This document shows, piece by piece, positions 40,207-52,459 of a stretch of DNA of 64,000 bases. Below the pieces are notes generated by a model. That model ran no database searches and was not told the origin of the DNA. It saw nothing but the letters and a program-made list of their open reading frames with translations. A program made the translations under genes and the position numbers. Numbering within the stretch: position 1 is the stretch's first letter; each line of letters opens with the position of its first letter. This DNA comes from Perkinsela sp. CCAP 1560/9 (taxonomy: Eukaryota > Protista > Euglenozoa: Kinetoplastea). The stretch is from the NCBI GenBank assembly GCA_965644495.1, contig CBFFSA010000003.1, positions 744,001 to 808,000 of the forward strand, in the 5' to 3' direction.

Positions 40207-42219
40207 ATGTTTCGCGAAACAGACTCAGAGAGCGTAGAAAAGAGTCTTCCGCTTTCGGTACGACTACTACGCACCAATTTGCAAAATCTTGTACACGTTG
40301 AAACTTCTACGACTGATGAACTCTTTTTCAAAATAGAATATAGGAGATATGATATGTCAGGAATTACACGTATCATTGCGGCCTTGTACGACTATTTAAC
40401 GCCGTTTCTTTACTCTTCTAGTACAGGGCACAAGAATCACGAACCGAAATGCGGAAGCGATGGTTCGATCCCTCCTATTTTATGCCCTTCATTGTGTGAT
40501 GCGATCAAAATGGCGTCCAAAATTGCTTCCATGAGCAATCGGAGACAAAAGAATGTCAAGCGGACAGCAAGAAAAGGGAATAATCTACCCACTGGCGAGA
40601 CCCTGGACAACACCAATGTGACCGAAGTTACCATGGAGAATGAGCCTTGTTATTCAAAGGACACTGATTTCTTTGAAGTCACAAGCTATATTTTTAATTC
40701 TGATGGCTTTAACGTACGTCTAAATGACTCAAGTCATTGTCCTTTACAAGACACTCTTCGATCCTGTTCCAAAATTCACAGTTGGTGCCTTCATGTGTTA
40801 CTCGCTGCGCTGTGCGTTCTTACGACTTCCACTGCACGCAATCTTTTCTCTTCTAACCCCGTTCGGGACATTTTGCATGCAGTAGAAAGGGTGTTGCGCA
40901 GAACTGATTTATTCGCGGCTCTGTTTGCACCAAGTATTTGGTCTTTCGAACAGTCTCTTTTCAAAAACAGTGATTTATCTTTCGTCATGGTAGGTCCTGT
41001 TCATCCCATCATTTCTAATTTTTTACAGTGTCTTACACCCTCCGTATTCGTTCGCATGCAAAGATACGCTACAATGTTCCACACATGGGATAACACGCAC
41101 TTTGAATTTTCGCATCCTGACTCACATGACACGTACGAAGTGTCTTTGAAACGGGTTGAGCAAATCATAGAAGATAAATGTGTAAAGATTGCTGCGTTAT
41201 GCGGCGGTGGTCAAGCAGAGTACTTTTCTGAGCTCGGCTATCTCGAAAACGTGTGCGTTGACGAAGAGGTAAGTAGCGCACTAAGTCAAACTTCGTTCGA
41301 TTTTTCGCATTTGTACCTTTGTCATGCTCCTATCTCATTCCGTTCAGTAACGTGCTCCGAAATCTTCTCGTGCCTATTAGAGTTTATGGTGGGATTGCAA
41401 GATTCTATTGTTAGTAACCAAATGGCACGAGGCGATACTCATGCTGTTTTATACAACTTCATGATACAATATCCGATTCGAGCCATAATGCTTCCCGCAT
41501 CGAACCTTGCGCTTTCTGCCCTCCTCGCTTCGAAATATTTTGAGCTGCAATCCCAACCTGCTTCTTGTGTTCTAAACGAAAGTGATCGTTCATTGATTAT
41601 ACAGGCCTCCAGAAAGATTATGCAAAAATGGTGCCGATGCAGAAATATAGAAGGAAGTCTAAAAGAGACTTGTCGCGGCTCATATCTGAAAGAAAAATCC
41701 CTAAACGCACAATACAATAATACTACACGGAAAGCAAAGAAATCACTTGTTACAATTTCGGATGCCGAAATATGGTGCTCTTTGGGGTGTCGTTGCTGCA
41801 CATGCGATGGCCTTCAAACATTGGCAGCAATATGCGCAAGTAATCTGGAGTCAAACACAATGATTGGGGATGCTTACGAAGCTTCTACAACTAAGGATCT
41901 ACAGAAAGAAATGCATGCAGCACCAGCACATTTGAATACAGAAGATAGAAATATGGACAGTGCGAAGTCGTATTGCAGTCTACAAGACATGCTCTTGTAC
42001 CGAAGCAAGGATTCCAAGAACCATATTTCTGGCGAAAGCCTTGTTTCTCAATGCCATAATAAAAAGTCCAATTCTATGAAACGGTGCCGTTCGAAGGACA
42101 CATCTGTTGTATACACTCATCTCCGCATTGCGCAATGGGCATTTTCTTCTATTCAAAAGAACGTATGCTTGATGCTGCAAGTGGCATACGAGGTATCAGG
42201 CTCAAGAATAGGAAAATAG
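40207..42219 (+). CDS. Hypothetical protein (670 aa)
   Basis: Long complex ORF on the cluster strand; no family recognised. Confidence 0.7.
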   Translation: MFRETDSESVEKSLPLSVRLLRTNLQNLVHVETSTTDELFFKIEYRRYDMSGITRIIAALYDYLTPFLYSSSTGHKNHEPKCGSDGSIPPILCPSLCDAIKMASKIASMSNRRQKNVKRTARKGNNLPTGETLDNTNVTEVTMENEPCYSKDTDFFEVTSYIFNSDGFNVRLNDSSHCPLQDTLRSCSKIHSWCLHVLLAALCVLTTSTARNLFSSNPVRDILHAVERVLRRTDLFAALFAPSIWSFEQSLFKNSDLSFVMVGPVHPIISNFLQCLTPSVFVRMQRYATMFHTWDNTHFEFSHPDSHDTYEVSLKRVEQIIEDKCVKIAALCGGGQAEYFSELGYLENVCVDEEVSSALSQTSFDFSHLYLCHAPISFRSVTCSEIFSCLLEFMVGLQDSIVSNQMARGDTHAVLYNFMIQYPIRAIMLPASNLALSALLASKYFELQSQPASCVLNESDRSLIIQASRKIMQKWCRCRNIEGSLKETCRGSYLKEKSLNAQYNNTTRKAKKSLVTISDAEIWCSLGCRCCTCDGLQTLAAICASNLESNTMIGDAYEASTTKDLQKEMHAAPAHLNTEDRNMDSAKSYCSLQDMLLYRSKDSKNHISGESLVSQCHNKKSNSMKRCRSKDTSVVYTHLRIAQWAFSSIQKNVCLMLQVAYEVSGSRIGK

Positions 42220-42418
42220 TCTTCTTTTATCCTCTTTTGTGACCCCGACCACTGCACTTCATTTGCAGCATATTGATCTTGAGTAATGCACTTGGTTAGT
42301 TTTTTAGAAAGTGTGGCAGAGGAAAAAGTAAAGAATTTAAGCCTAACTAAAGACAAACGAAGCACAGTTTTTTTTTCTCGACCGTATAGCAGTAAACAAA
42401 TGTATCCATCTTAATGTG

Positions 42419-43372
42419 ATGCGCTCCTGCTTACTCCAACTGGGGCGCTTACAGCCCATAATAGACGTCACAACTTCTTTTTTCAAAGTATCCAAGCTGA
42501 AAAACGCAGTCCAGCTCTCAGAATGTTTCGGCTCTCATCGTGTAAGTCACGCTACTGAATCCGACATAATGATGGATCGACAACAAGAATATTTCTGGTG
42601 TATCGCACAGAATGCATCACATCCCTTTGTGCGTTGCGTAAACCTTCTCGTACAAGATCATGAGTCGATGCACCTTTTGCAAAGTTGGGATCATTACCTC
42701 AAGTTACGGGCGTTAAGTAAGCTGAATGTCCAGTTATTTGAGGCTTCGGGAACGGCCTCACGTGGGGAGACTCGAAGACAGCCATTGTATTCCGATCTGT
42801 TTCGTTACGCAAATAATGTAGGACGTAGTAATGCTTTGGATTCATCCTCCCCTCAGGGTCTTCACGCAAACCTTTTGTGCAACTCGGATATCTATTTGAA
42901 TAATTCTTTTCGTGGCCTTAATGATGCTACTAGAATGTTCTTGGATAACGGAGGTCTACTAGCTCTTACTCGCTGGGAATCTGATGGCACGTCACCCTTG
43001 ATAGAAGACTACCGAGGTTCACATGATGGATTCGTTTTCGTGCCTCGCTATACATTTACCGCAGCGACAAAGCGGAAATCAAGGGCAAAGCATTCTGTTA
43101 TGCCTGATTCGTGTGAACAAGATACAGAGTCTTCTAATTTTGAATCATTTTGCACCCAAGTTCAGCACCAGCAAAATAGATACCAAGCAGAAAATATTGT
43201 TTTATTTGAGCTCATTAAAGCTTTGGGGAAAGATAAAATACTTAATCCTTGCTATGATGTAAAGCTCTATCATAAACACAACGCTGATTTTCGGCAATGG
43301 TTGATGCCGCACAAAGACTCAACCCACGGCCAAACTGCGCGCTATGCTCTCTGTCCGCCCACTCGTATATGA
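42419..43372 (+). CDS. Conserved hypothetical protein, possible GT-A-fold glycosyltransferase
   Basis: RQQEY..CIAQN, YSDLFRYAN, LCNSDIYL, LALTRWE, GSHDGFVF, AENIVLFEL, NPC....YHKH. Confidence 0.5.
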   Translation: MRSCLLQLGRLQPIIDVTTSFFKVSKLKNAVQLSECFGSHRVSHATESDIMMDRQQEYFWCIAQNASHPFVRCVNLLVQDHESMHLLQSWDHYLKLRALSKLNVQLFEASGTASRGETRRQPLYSDLFRYANNVGRSNALDSSSPQGLHANLLCNSDIYLNNSFRGLNDATRMFLDNGGLLALTRWESDGTSPLIEDYRGSHDGFVFVPRYTFTAATKRKSRAKHSVMPDSCEQDTESSNFESFCTQVQHQQNRYQAENIVLFELIKALGKDKILNPCYDVKLYHKHNADFRQWLMPHKDSTHGQTARYALCPPTRI

Positions 43373-43523
43373 AAGAAGAGCTTTAAGAATACAAATATCT
43401 CAAAAAAACGCCTGCACATTTAAACTATTTTTCGAAATGTTGGAAAAAGACTTCGAAAAGACTTCGAAAACGATATTTCAAATTTATCACGCTCATTAAA
43501 CGATAATCTTACTCTCACATCAA

Positions 43524-44780
43524 ATGACAAGCTCCATCCTGAAGTCAAGTGAAACCCGAAGTGACGCTATAACCTTAACTCCTTCAAGTCCTTCAAGCGC
43601 TGATTCTTCTTCGGCCTCTATGCCTGACAACGCACATGACGAGAACGACCCGGCAAGCAGCGCAGTTGCGGGTGCCCTGGCTGGATGCGTGTCTCTCATT
43701 CTCTGTTACCCCCTCGGTACGATTTCGACAAGACGGCAAGCGAAGTCTACCGCAGAGGAAGCTGCCTCTTCATTAAAGACGCCAGTCACTGATTTTGCTA
43801 ATGATAGTACAAAGCAAGAAAGAACAGACAAGGTAAATTTGTGTTTCAGGAGCGAAAAACGACAAACACGAGTAGTGAAAAATTCGCTCATACCAGGAAA
43901 TGAGAGGCGTCGATCAATCCTACATAAAATTGTGTTGCTATTACGTCGCTACGCCTTCATGACGACTGTAAGAGAACGACTAATACTTCTTCTTCATGAA
44001 GTGAAGTCTTTATACGCAGGCATCTCTTCAGCCCTTTATGGTCAAGTAGTGATTCAATTTTCCTACTATTACGCGTACATATTCGTGCGTCGCCTATTTG
44101 GAGAACATTACGGAAAATCTCTGACAACGCTACAGGATGTTTTTTCCGCTGCTATCGCCGGATTATCGAGCGCCACAATAACGAATCCCTTTTGGGTAGT
44201 GAATACGCGAAAGATTCTCGCTCCAAATAGGCGGAGTAACATAAAGCTTGTCTTTGATATTTTGCGAAACGAGGGCCTTGGGGCTCTGCTTAAAGGGATA
44301 TTTCCCTCCTACGTATTGGTAACGAATCCTATCATCTCATATTCCATATACGAAGCACTGAAAAAGTTCATCCTTCATTACATGGGTGGACAATCTTCAG
44401 CCCCTAGGCGGTTATCCTCGAGGCAAATATTCTTATGCAGCGCTTTAGGAAAGCTGGTAGCAACAGTTGTTACATATCCATACATTATGTGTAGGACGTA
44501 TTTGCAAACTGAAAATGCGTCGAAAATGCCTATAACACGCGGCCTTGCAAAACAAGAACCATTAGGAAATGCGGGCCTCTCTGGACCTTATTCCGAAGCC
44601 TTGAAAATGATGGAGTATCTACGAAACGTACTCTCCACAGAAGGTTTTTGTGGTCTTTACAGAGGATTGAAAAGTAAAGTGTTGCAAAGCGTGTTATCCA
44701 CAGCGTTGTTGTTCGTTGTTCAAGAAAGATTGGTGCGCTGTTTCGCGAGAGTACTTTGTGTGCTGCAAGACAAAGTATAG
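43524..44780 (+). CDS. SLC25 carrier, peroxisomal/glycosomal PMP47/PMP34-like
   Basis: AGALAG..CYPL, TNPFWVVNTR, GIFPSYVLVTNPII, KLVATVVTYPYI, YRGLKSKVLQSVL. Confidence 0.8.
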   Translation: MTSSILKSSETRSDAITLTPSSPSSADSSSASMPDNAHDENDPASSAVAGALAGCVSLILCYPLGTISTRRQAKSTAEEAASSLKTPVTDFANDSTKQERTDKVNLCFRSEKRQTRVVKNSLIPGNERRRSILHKIVLLLRRYAFMTTVRERLILLLHEVKSLYAGISSALYGQVVIQFSYYYAYIFVRRLFGEHYGKSLTTLQDVFSAAIAGLSSATITNPFWVVNTRKILAPNRRSNIKLVFDILRNEGLGALLKGIFPSYVLVTNPIISYSIYEALKKFILHYMGGQSSAPRRLSSRQIFLCSALGKLVATVVTYPYIMCRTYLQTENASKMPITRGLAKQEPLGNAGLSGPYSEALKMMEYLRNVLSTEGFCGLYRGLKSKVLQSVLSTALLFVVQERLVRCFARVLCVLQDKV

Positions 44781-44955
44781 TACAGTGTAGTATCTCAGTA
44801 GTAGTCTTTCACCAACCTTATTTTTAGAAACAAATAGAAATAATTTTGTATAATAATTGTATTGTATAATACAATTAGAAATAAATTTATCAAGCAGGCT
44901 GTTTTTGACATGGAAATTTATAGCCTCATTTTTCTATATTTTTCGTAGGAGCAGA

Positions 44956-45372
44956 ATGACCTCTATGGAAACTCTCAATCGACAAATGCGCGAGCAGAAC
45001 GACGCAATGCAAAAATTGCGCGCACAAAGAACGAAAACGGTGCAAATAGATCACCAATTAAGTTCTCAAGTCACCGAAAACGAGACAGTTCGGAAGGAAC
45101 TCGCGTTGCTAGGTGATGCCTCCACGGTATACAAACTGATTGGTCCCGTGCTGGTATCGCAGGATAAAACGGATGCGAAAGCGGTCATCGAAAAGCGCCT
45201 TGAATATTTGAATAATGAGGTTAAGAAGGTGGAGGAACTGCTGAAAGATATGGACCGCAAGGAGGAGGCTGTCGTAACCCGCATGCGTCAAATACAAGAA
45301 AAAGCACAAGAACTTTCAAAAACTGCATCACATGCTGAATCCACATCTGTTTCCTCGCCCACAAATCGGTAA
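44956..45372 (+). CDS. PFDN6: Prefoldin subunit 6
   Basis: QLSSQVTENETVRKEL..VYKLIGPVLVSQD..AK..IEKRLEY. Confidence 0.9.
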   Translation: MTSMETLNRQMREQNDAMQKLRAQRTKTVQIDHQLSSQVTENETVRKELALLGDASTVYKLIGPVLVSQDKTDAKAVIEKRLEYLNNEVKKVEELLKDMDRKEEAVVTRMRQIQEKAQELSKTASHAESTSVSSPTNR

Positions 45373-47457
45373 ACAACATTTCTACTACTCAAGATTGTGC
45401 GGTTTTTATCAAATCATTTTTATTTACACAATTCGTTTACAATTTGTAACGGTTTGTAGCTTGAAAAACATTACTTAATTCTTTTTAGTACAAAAGCGAA
45501 ATGTTTCCACCGCACCACCCACACCTACCCACACACTTCCTTTTATCTCCCTATCTTTCCTCGTTTTTCCTCTCCCCCACCCACCATGTGGTGCAGCTGC
45601 AATCCTCTACCGCCCGCGTACCAAACAAGCGTAATTTAAATGGTGATATTATCACCGTGGTAGTAATGATTGTCGAGGAGTGAGTGTCACTCACTGAGTG
45701 ACGCCAACACGGACAGTCTCGGTATTTTACATCATTTTATCGCAGTGAACTAGCAAGTCACCAGAGATTACACTCGTGTCTACTCTGGCAAAAATTAGAG
45801 AGACCGCCGGAGATAATTTTCTCTCATCACCACTAGAGGAGTTACACTCTTTCTTACTCTGTAGTAGTATGATTATGCCTGAAATATGTGCGCCCTTGCG
45901 TTTAAGTGGGGGGTTTAAGAATGGGTTTTGGGTCAAAATGGTCAAATCTCTCTTACTCGGGGGGTGTGCTTTTTTGGCCTGTTTTCTCTTTTCTCCCATG
46001 TTTTTTTGAAAAAAGCTATTTCCTGAAAACGTGTTAAAACGAAGAACGATCTACAGTTAAACTGTAGAGATTAAGTCAAATAGCCTGAGATCACACAATA
46101 TACGATCCCATACACGCATACAACGTGTTTGGCTGTTCACATTTACTCATCCGAAACACAAACATCCATAGGGTTCCAGTTTGTGCGGTCCCGATTTTGG
46201 CATATAGTAAAACTCCTCCTAAAGGCCCTCGTCACCAAGTGTTGGCGACACTCTTTCGCAAGCTTTGTGTCCCCGCAGAAGAGCATGTACAATTTACTCG
46301 CCCAGTCTACAAGACTGGGCGAGTAAATTCCCTTCCGCGTGCCTCAATCTCTAGGGCGAATAGATATGTTTCGGGATGATTATGCTTTCGCGTATGCCAC
46401 AGCATTTTTCATTATGTTTCAGCATTTTTCGCTCATGCGCGGCCTGCATGTTTCCCTCCCTTGGGCAAGTTAGTTCAATAATGAATTCTTTCACCCCCTG
46501 ACCTTTTTTTTCTGAAAACGTGTTTAAACGCTCGCCTTGTTGAGATCCTCGCTCGCCCCACTCTCTGCCGCCTGCCTTGCGGTCGATGTCGCCGCCCCAC
46601 TTTTTATAACACTTTTTGTAATAATTTTTTACATAACCACTTTTATAACCGTTTTTCTCCCGCGTGCTGTTTATACATTTCCCGGAGCTGTCCGCACCCT
46701 ACTTCCGGTTTGCTCGCCACAAAGTGCACGTCGAGTGTACGAGAAATGGAAATTCGCTGATTCAAACTAGAATTTTTTGGACACCGGATATGCGAAAATA
46801 CTGGCGCACTGGATATGATAATCCAGAGCTTATTTGAGTTACCCCGAGGCCCTCGACATGCGGACTCCCACCTCCTACTCCCTATACGCCTCCTGTGGGG
46901 CTACCGAGCCAAGTAACTCTTACTGGGGGGAAGCCAAAAAAGAAGATGAATGCAAAGTGTATGACCGAGTGGAGTGTAACCATCGTCAATCTCTGCAACT
47001 AATCTAACAGTACGCTTTGATGAGTAATTTTTGGTTATGTTCAGAGGGTCAATGAATATTGTGCCAATGAATCCACACAAGTCGAAAACAGCACGGAACA
47101 TTTAACTATTCTTTGACAGATGGTTTGGGATCCTGATTACATTTTAATACTTGTAAGCATATGTGAACCCTAACCGAGCACAATGAGTACATACCGGGTA
47201 CAAGGCTTGTACTACAAGCGAGTACATCCTCGGTTGCCCAAAATCACTACCAGAATATAAAGAACTGCACCTTAAAGATACTCAAAATAAACAATATGAT
47301 GCAAAGAAGGCAAAAAAGTACTTCACAAAACATTAAAGGAAATTTTAACATTTCCTATTTTAACAATTATAGCAACAACTTTTCTACCAGAAAACAATCG
47401 CCTTTACCCCCCCCCCTTTATTGTCCTCTCTCTTCCCCCCCTCCACCCCTCCTCCCC

Positions 47458-48060
47458 ATGCTTTCCCTCCCCCCCTCCACCCGCCCCTATCTCACCGCTG
47501 CCCGTTCCCTCCGTCTCCGGGACTACACCCACCAAACCCTCTCCCTTCTCCTCCTCATCTCCTCCGCCATGGTACTGTGGAAATCCATGGCCACCCTCAC
47601 CGTGAGCGACGCCCCCGTGGTGGTCGTCCTCAGCGGTTCCATGGAACCCGCCTACGAGCGCGGGGACCTCCTGAGTCTCACCCTGCACTTCGATGGCCCC
47701 TTACAGGTCGGGGACGTCCTGGTGTTTCGTGTGGACAACCGGGAGATCCCGATTGTCCACCGGGTGCTACGGATCCACCGCAACCACACCAATGATGTGG
47801 TTCGGCATCCCGAGAGTGCGTGGGACGCGGATGGGGGGGTGGAGGTGCTCTCGAAAGGGGATAACAACTACATCGATGACAGGGGGTTGTACGCCGAGGG
47901 GCAGATGTATTTGGCCCCGAAGCATATTTTGGGGAAGGGGTTGGGGTATGTCCCGGCGTTGGGGATGGTCACGATTGTGGTGAATGATTACCCGTGGTTG
48001 AAGTATGTGGGGCTGGCGGTGTTTGCGGGGTATGTGGTGCTGACGCAGGGGAGGAAGTAG
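47458..48060 (+). CDS. SEC11: Signal peptidase complex catalytic subunit
   Basis: PVVVVLSGSMEPAYERGDLL, IPIVHRV, SKGDNN..DDRGLY. Confidence 0.95.
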   Translation: MLSLPPSTRPYLTAARSLRLRDYTHQTLSLLLLISSAMVLWKSMATLTVSDAPVVVVLSGSMEPAYERGDLLSLTLHFDGPLQVGDVLVFRVDNREIPIVHRVLRIHRNHTNDVVRHPESAWDADGGVEVLSKGDNNYIDDRGLYAEGQMYLAPKHILGKGLGYVPALGMVTIVVNDYPWLKYVGLAVFAGYVVLTQGRK

Positions 48061-48312
48061 GGGGTGGGGGATGGGGGGGTTGGGGTTTGGAAAATATGGA
48101 GGTGGAGTGCAGTGGCGATCGAAGAGGTCATGAAAGCCTTTCATGTTTGCGAAGGGAATAGCATAGTGAAACCACTACCTCTATCAACGATTCCAGATCT
48201 GTGTCAGTTTTTTTCTTTACTCTCCTATCTACTCATCTTGAGCATTTACAGACTTCACACTTTAGGAATCGGGTATTTCATTTTTTGTTTACTTTTCTTC
48301 CTTTCGTACTTA

Positions 48313-48636
48313 ATGGCGGTACAAGGCGACCCTATCAAAGGTAAATCCATCTTTAAAGCGCGCGCTGCGCAGTGTCACACAGCGAACAAGGACGGTCCCA
48401 ACGGCGTAGGGCCAAACTTGTATGACATTGTGAATCGCAAGTCGGGACAAATTCCTGGGTTTGTGTATTCGAAGGCGAATGCTGACAGCAACACGATATG
48501 GACTCCTGAGGTATTGAACACATACTTGGAGAATCCGAAAAAATTTATGCCCGGTACCAAGATGGCTTTCGCTGGTTTGAAGAAAGAAAAAGATCGCGCG
48601 GACATTATTGCCTATTTGGAAACTATGAAAGATTAA
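48313..48636 (+). CDS. Cytochrome c, euglenozoan single-cysteine type
   Basis: RAAQCHT heme motif (AxxCH), [25 protein letters not shown]. Confidence 0.97.
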   Translation: MAVQGDPIKGKSIFKARAAQCHTANKDGPNGVGPNLYDIVNRKSGQIPGFVYSKANADSNTIWTPEVLNTYLENPKKFMPGTKMAFAGLKKEKDRADIIAYLETMKD

Positions 48637-49198
48637 TTACGAGAAATAAGTAGAATCAGATACGTCATGCATAAATGCTATGGACCTTTTCGTTGAAGAT
48701 GGTATGTGACTCAGTTGTGCTCCCCTTGCTTTACTTTGTGCTTTTGCTACTGCATATTTAGTGATATAAAGTATGTTTACTTTAGAATTCTTATGAATTT
48801 TGCGTGTGAAATCTTTCTGTAATCGAATGCTAGTAGTGCAAGATTTTCGATAGATTTTCTTGTATTGTATCTTGAGGTCGGCGCTCACGAGGAAACTTTT
48901 AACCGAACGTTTTCAATAATGTTTCTAACAGATTGAAAATCTAAAAGCTAAAAGTTGTAAAAGTTCTAGAATTTTTAATGGAAACGCAATGTGCCTTACA
49001 TGTAAAATAAACTCTTGTTGCAGGCACATAAGTGTCGCGCGAACCGACTCGAACAAGGGTAGGAAAGCATTCCCTGGAATCTAAATGTCTCTTTTTTATA
49101 ACAATTTGTTATGCAAAATAAGTTCTTATGCCGTACCTGTAATTCTTGTATGACATTGCATATGTTTTATCAACACTACTCTCACGACATGTTGTAAC

Positions 49199-50020
49199 AT
49201 GACTAAACTTCGTGACTCATACCTTCCAATCTTGCGCAAAGGGGCACAGGCCATTTTTGTACGGCATCACCTTTTCAGTGCTATGGAACATTTGCCGAAA
49301 GTGCGATGCGACGAGACACGAGAGAGACTGCTACTTGCCCAATGGTACGGAATGACAAACGAGGAGAAACTTCCGTACGTATTGGCGGCCCGAGCTCAGG
49401 AGGGACTCTCGCTGGAGGAACTCCAAAAGGCCGCTCGGGAGGAATTAGAATCCTTAAGTTTGAAGGAATCGAAGGCGGGAAAATCGACCGGATTAACTTC
49501 CTCTAAGGTTTCTTTGCCTGCAACCAGTGCGCAGGCAAGCGAGCTCCAGCCCTCCAAGAGCTACCAAGCATTTGTTGAGGTCCAAAAAAGGATTTTACGC
49601 CTAAGTAGAACTGGGACTTGTGGGGAGAACCGAGATGTCACGGATATGTGGACATACTACGATTTGGCTCGTGCCATGAGTAACGATGTACTCAAGAAAT
49701 CTCCTACCTCAGGAGATAAATCGCTGGTAAAAACTACACAAAAACTTACTGAGGGAATCACACGTGGACGCGTTCGAAGAGGTAGGAAAGTAAGGACGCA
49801 AGATACGGATCCCTCGTACTTTCTTCCAGCTACTGTGAAAATGCGTCCAACTACGGGATCTCGTAATATTCATTCCGTATTTAACCCCGCTATGGGATTC
49901 ATGCCCGGCATGACGCCTCCAATGAAAGCGGACGACTCGGAACTCACTGAATCCATGGATCTAGCAGAGATAAAAAGTATGTGGGAAAAAATGTCTCCGT
50001 CTGAAAGGTCACAATGGTGA
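49199..50020 (+). CDS. HMG-box-like protein, possibly kinetoplast-associated (KAP-like)
   Basis: LLAQWYGMTNEEKLPY and IKSMWEKMSPSERSQW resemble HMG helix 2/3 motifs. Confidence 0.45.
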   Translation: MTKLRDSYLPILRKGAQAIFVRHHLFSAMEHLPKVRCDETRERLLLAQWYGMTNEEKLPYVLAARAQEGLSLEELQKAAREELESLSLKESKAGKSTGLTSSKVSLPATSAQASELQPSKSYQAFVEVQKRILRLSRTGTCGENRDVTDMWTYYDLARAMSNDVLKKSPTSGDKSLVKTTQKLTEGITRGRVRRGRKVRTQDTDPSYFLPATVKMRPTTGSRNIHSVFNPAMGFMPGMTPPMKADDSELTESMDLAEIKSMWEKMSPSERSQW

Positions 50021-50846
50021 CCTGCTGCACGGATATACTATTATAGTCCTATAAGAAAATTGATTTTCAACTTTGGTTTTCTGTCCCTTGATTGCAAGTC
50101 AACACTTCTATTTTTCCGGTTTTCCATCAGTGTGTAAAGTAAAAGAGAGATTTTTGTTGAACGACGCAGCCAATCGAAAGCTCAACATAAATTTTAAGAT
50201 GTTTTCCTAATGTATGAAACTAACGCAGTCTAAATACTCTTCTCTGCGGTTGTGCAATGTAACAACGATGCCTGTGTGGTTAACGATAGTAGTAAAGTAT
50301 AAGGAACAGAAAGGTTTCAAATATGAATTTAGCACAATCGCTTTCGCCGGCCAAATAATTTCATGCTAAATGAAATGTCATCGTTCTTTAATATTGTACT
50401 TTGCGTATGTTCGGTAGGACTTCTACGTGAATTTTATAAGCGTTGTAAATTTGTAGCATTTTGTATACAATTTTACATACATGTACAATATCTTATACCT
50501 ATGCCTTTGACTCAATTTCTGTTTTAATGACTCTCAATCTTACCCCCGTGCTACGATTATACAAAAAAGAAGTTCTTCGCCTGGTTCAAAGAGCAAAAAA
50601 GGAAGTAAGAGAATTAAAGCAAAAAAATAAGCAGGTACAATCACCTCTGAAATCTACTCGAATGAAAGATCGGGCAAGTCTTCCTGAGTGAATACAGTGA
50701 TGCTGTCAGAAAGATTTAAATACATTCTTCATTCGGTTTTCTGCTTCCGCACCTAAACTGCGGACCATAAAATCCTTTAATTTAAGCTTAGCATAGGATA
50801 AGGATACTTGCTACATCGTACATGTAGTATGTACATAGTATGTATA

Positions 50847-52164
50847 AACCCCTCGACACGAATAAAGCACCCCCCTTTATTTTTTGCGTGCGGGGTCCCA
50901 TGGGGGTTGCAACACCAATTTATCGTCCAGAATTTTGATATCTGCACGTTCCCGGGGTTTTTAGCTTCATTTAAAACTTTTGAAAAAAGCAGTTTCAGTA
51001 ATATTTTTTTTCTAAACTTTCATGGTAAAATCCAAGTACCGTCCCCCAAAGGGGGGATGACCCCTATAGGTAAGACATTATTGCGCCTGAGGTTCGAGGA
51101 CGGTGTCCCAAAGAAGCAACTTGCACAAGAATTTAATATTTCTGTAAAATATGTGAGGCAATATCTGAAAGCAAAAGAAACCAATAAAACCAAAATATTT
51201 ACACCGAAAAAGAATATTTTGCGTCGCAGAAAAAAATTAGTAACCATTATTTCACCAAAAGACCTTGCTGGAGTGCCGAAACACAGCAGCGCTAGATGCA
51301 TTTCGGGGAGATTGAGTAAAAAGGGGGTACATGTCACAAAACGCACTGTTCAACGTGACTTAAAAGCAATGAAATATACTTATTCCCCACGCCCGGTTGC
51401 TATGTCGTTGACCGAACGTCAGAAGGTTAAAAGGGTTGAGTTTGCCTTAGCATGGAATGGAGATTCACGCATAATTGTATTTTCTGATGAAAAAATCTTT
51501 GATACTAATGATATGCGTAAAAAAATATGGGTTGCCCCGGGCGAAAAGGCTGCTCCAAGGCAGAAAATGCGTTGGGCCCCAAAATGCCATGTGTGGGGTG
51601 CCATTGGAGTTGGGTGGCGTTATCTAGCTATTCTTCCCAATGACAGCTCAATTACGAGCGAAACGTATATTAAAACCCCGCGTAAGACTCCTTTCCCCCG
51701 TTTATTTTTCAACAAGATGGAGCAGGCGCACACACTGCAAAAATGACAAAGTCTTATCTTTTTGAATCAGAAATTCAGCATATCAAAAATTGGCCTGCCA
51801 ACTCACCTGACCTCAATCCTATAGAAAATGTATGGGAAATGATACAGCAACGAGTGTGTGGAATGAACCCCTCCAGTACTACTTCGCTTATTAGGTGTGT
51901 AAAAAAAGCATTTAAAGTAATCCCCCGAAGGCAAATAAAACTGTTTTAAGCTTCGATCGTCGACTAGAAGCCTGCGTAAAGTGCAAGGGAGAAAAAGTGA
52001 AAAAGTGGTAATCGTCTACTTATATGTTACCTTATTCATCCCAGGACAATTTTACAAGGTGCGCAAAGTCTATTCACTGAGATCTGCAAAATGCCACAAG
52101 AATTAGCTCAAACGGACTTACCATACAAATTTTAGAGGGGGGTGCTTTATTGTGTCGAGGGGTT
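50847..52164 (+). mobile_element. Tc1/IS630-like DNA transposon, ~1.3 kb, ~30-bp TIRs, TA flanks
   Basis: TA|AACCCCTCGACACGAATAAAGCACCCCCCT ... AGGGGGGTGCTTTATTGTGTCGAGGGGTT|TA. Confidence 0.92.
51057..52011 (+). pseudogene. Tc1-like DD35E transposase with two frameshifts
   Basis: HTH, IVFSDEKIF and HVWGAIG; after a frameshift near 51700, FQQDGAGAH...WPANSPDLNPIENVW (35 residues between D and E); after a second shift near 51945, SFDRRLEACVKCKG. Confidence 0.9.
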
Positions 52165-52459
52165 TACACAGTACGTCGTACTGTATGTGTAGATCTAGAT
52201 CACACGTTACATGTACTGTACATGTATACTACTACTGTAGACTACTACTGTACTACTTCTGGACATGCGTACTGTATACATGATTTCTGGGTGATGGTTA
52301 TAACAAATAAGGAAGCAACTGCTTTTGAGGAAAGTTTACTGATTAAGTGATTATTTTCATGCAACTATCGAAAGCTACATCTCACTATGCAAATGGGAAT
52401 GAAATAAGAAACTAAATTCAAAAAAGCTTTATCCTTTTAACGTTTCGTTGATACATTGT

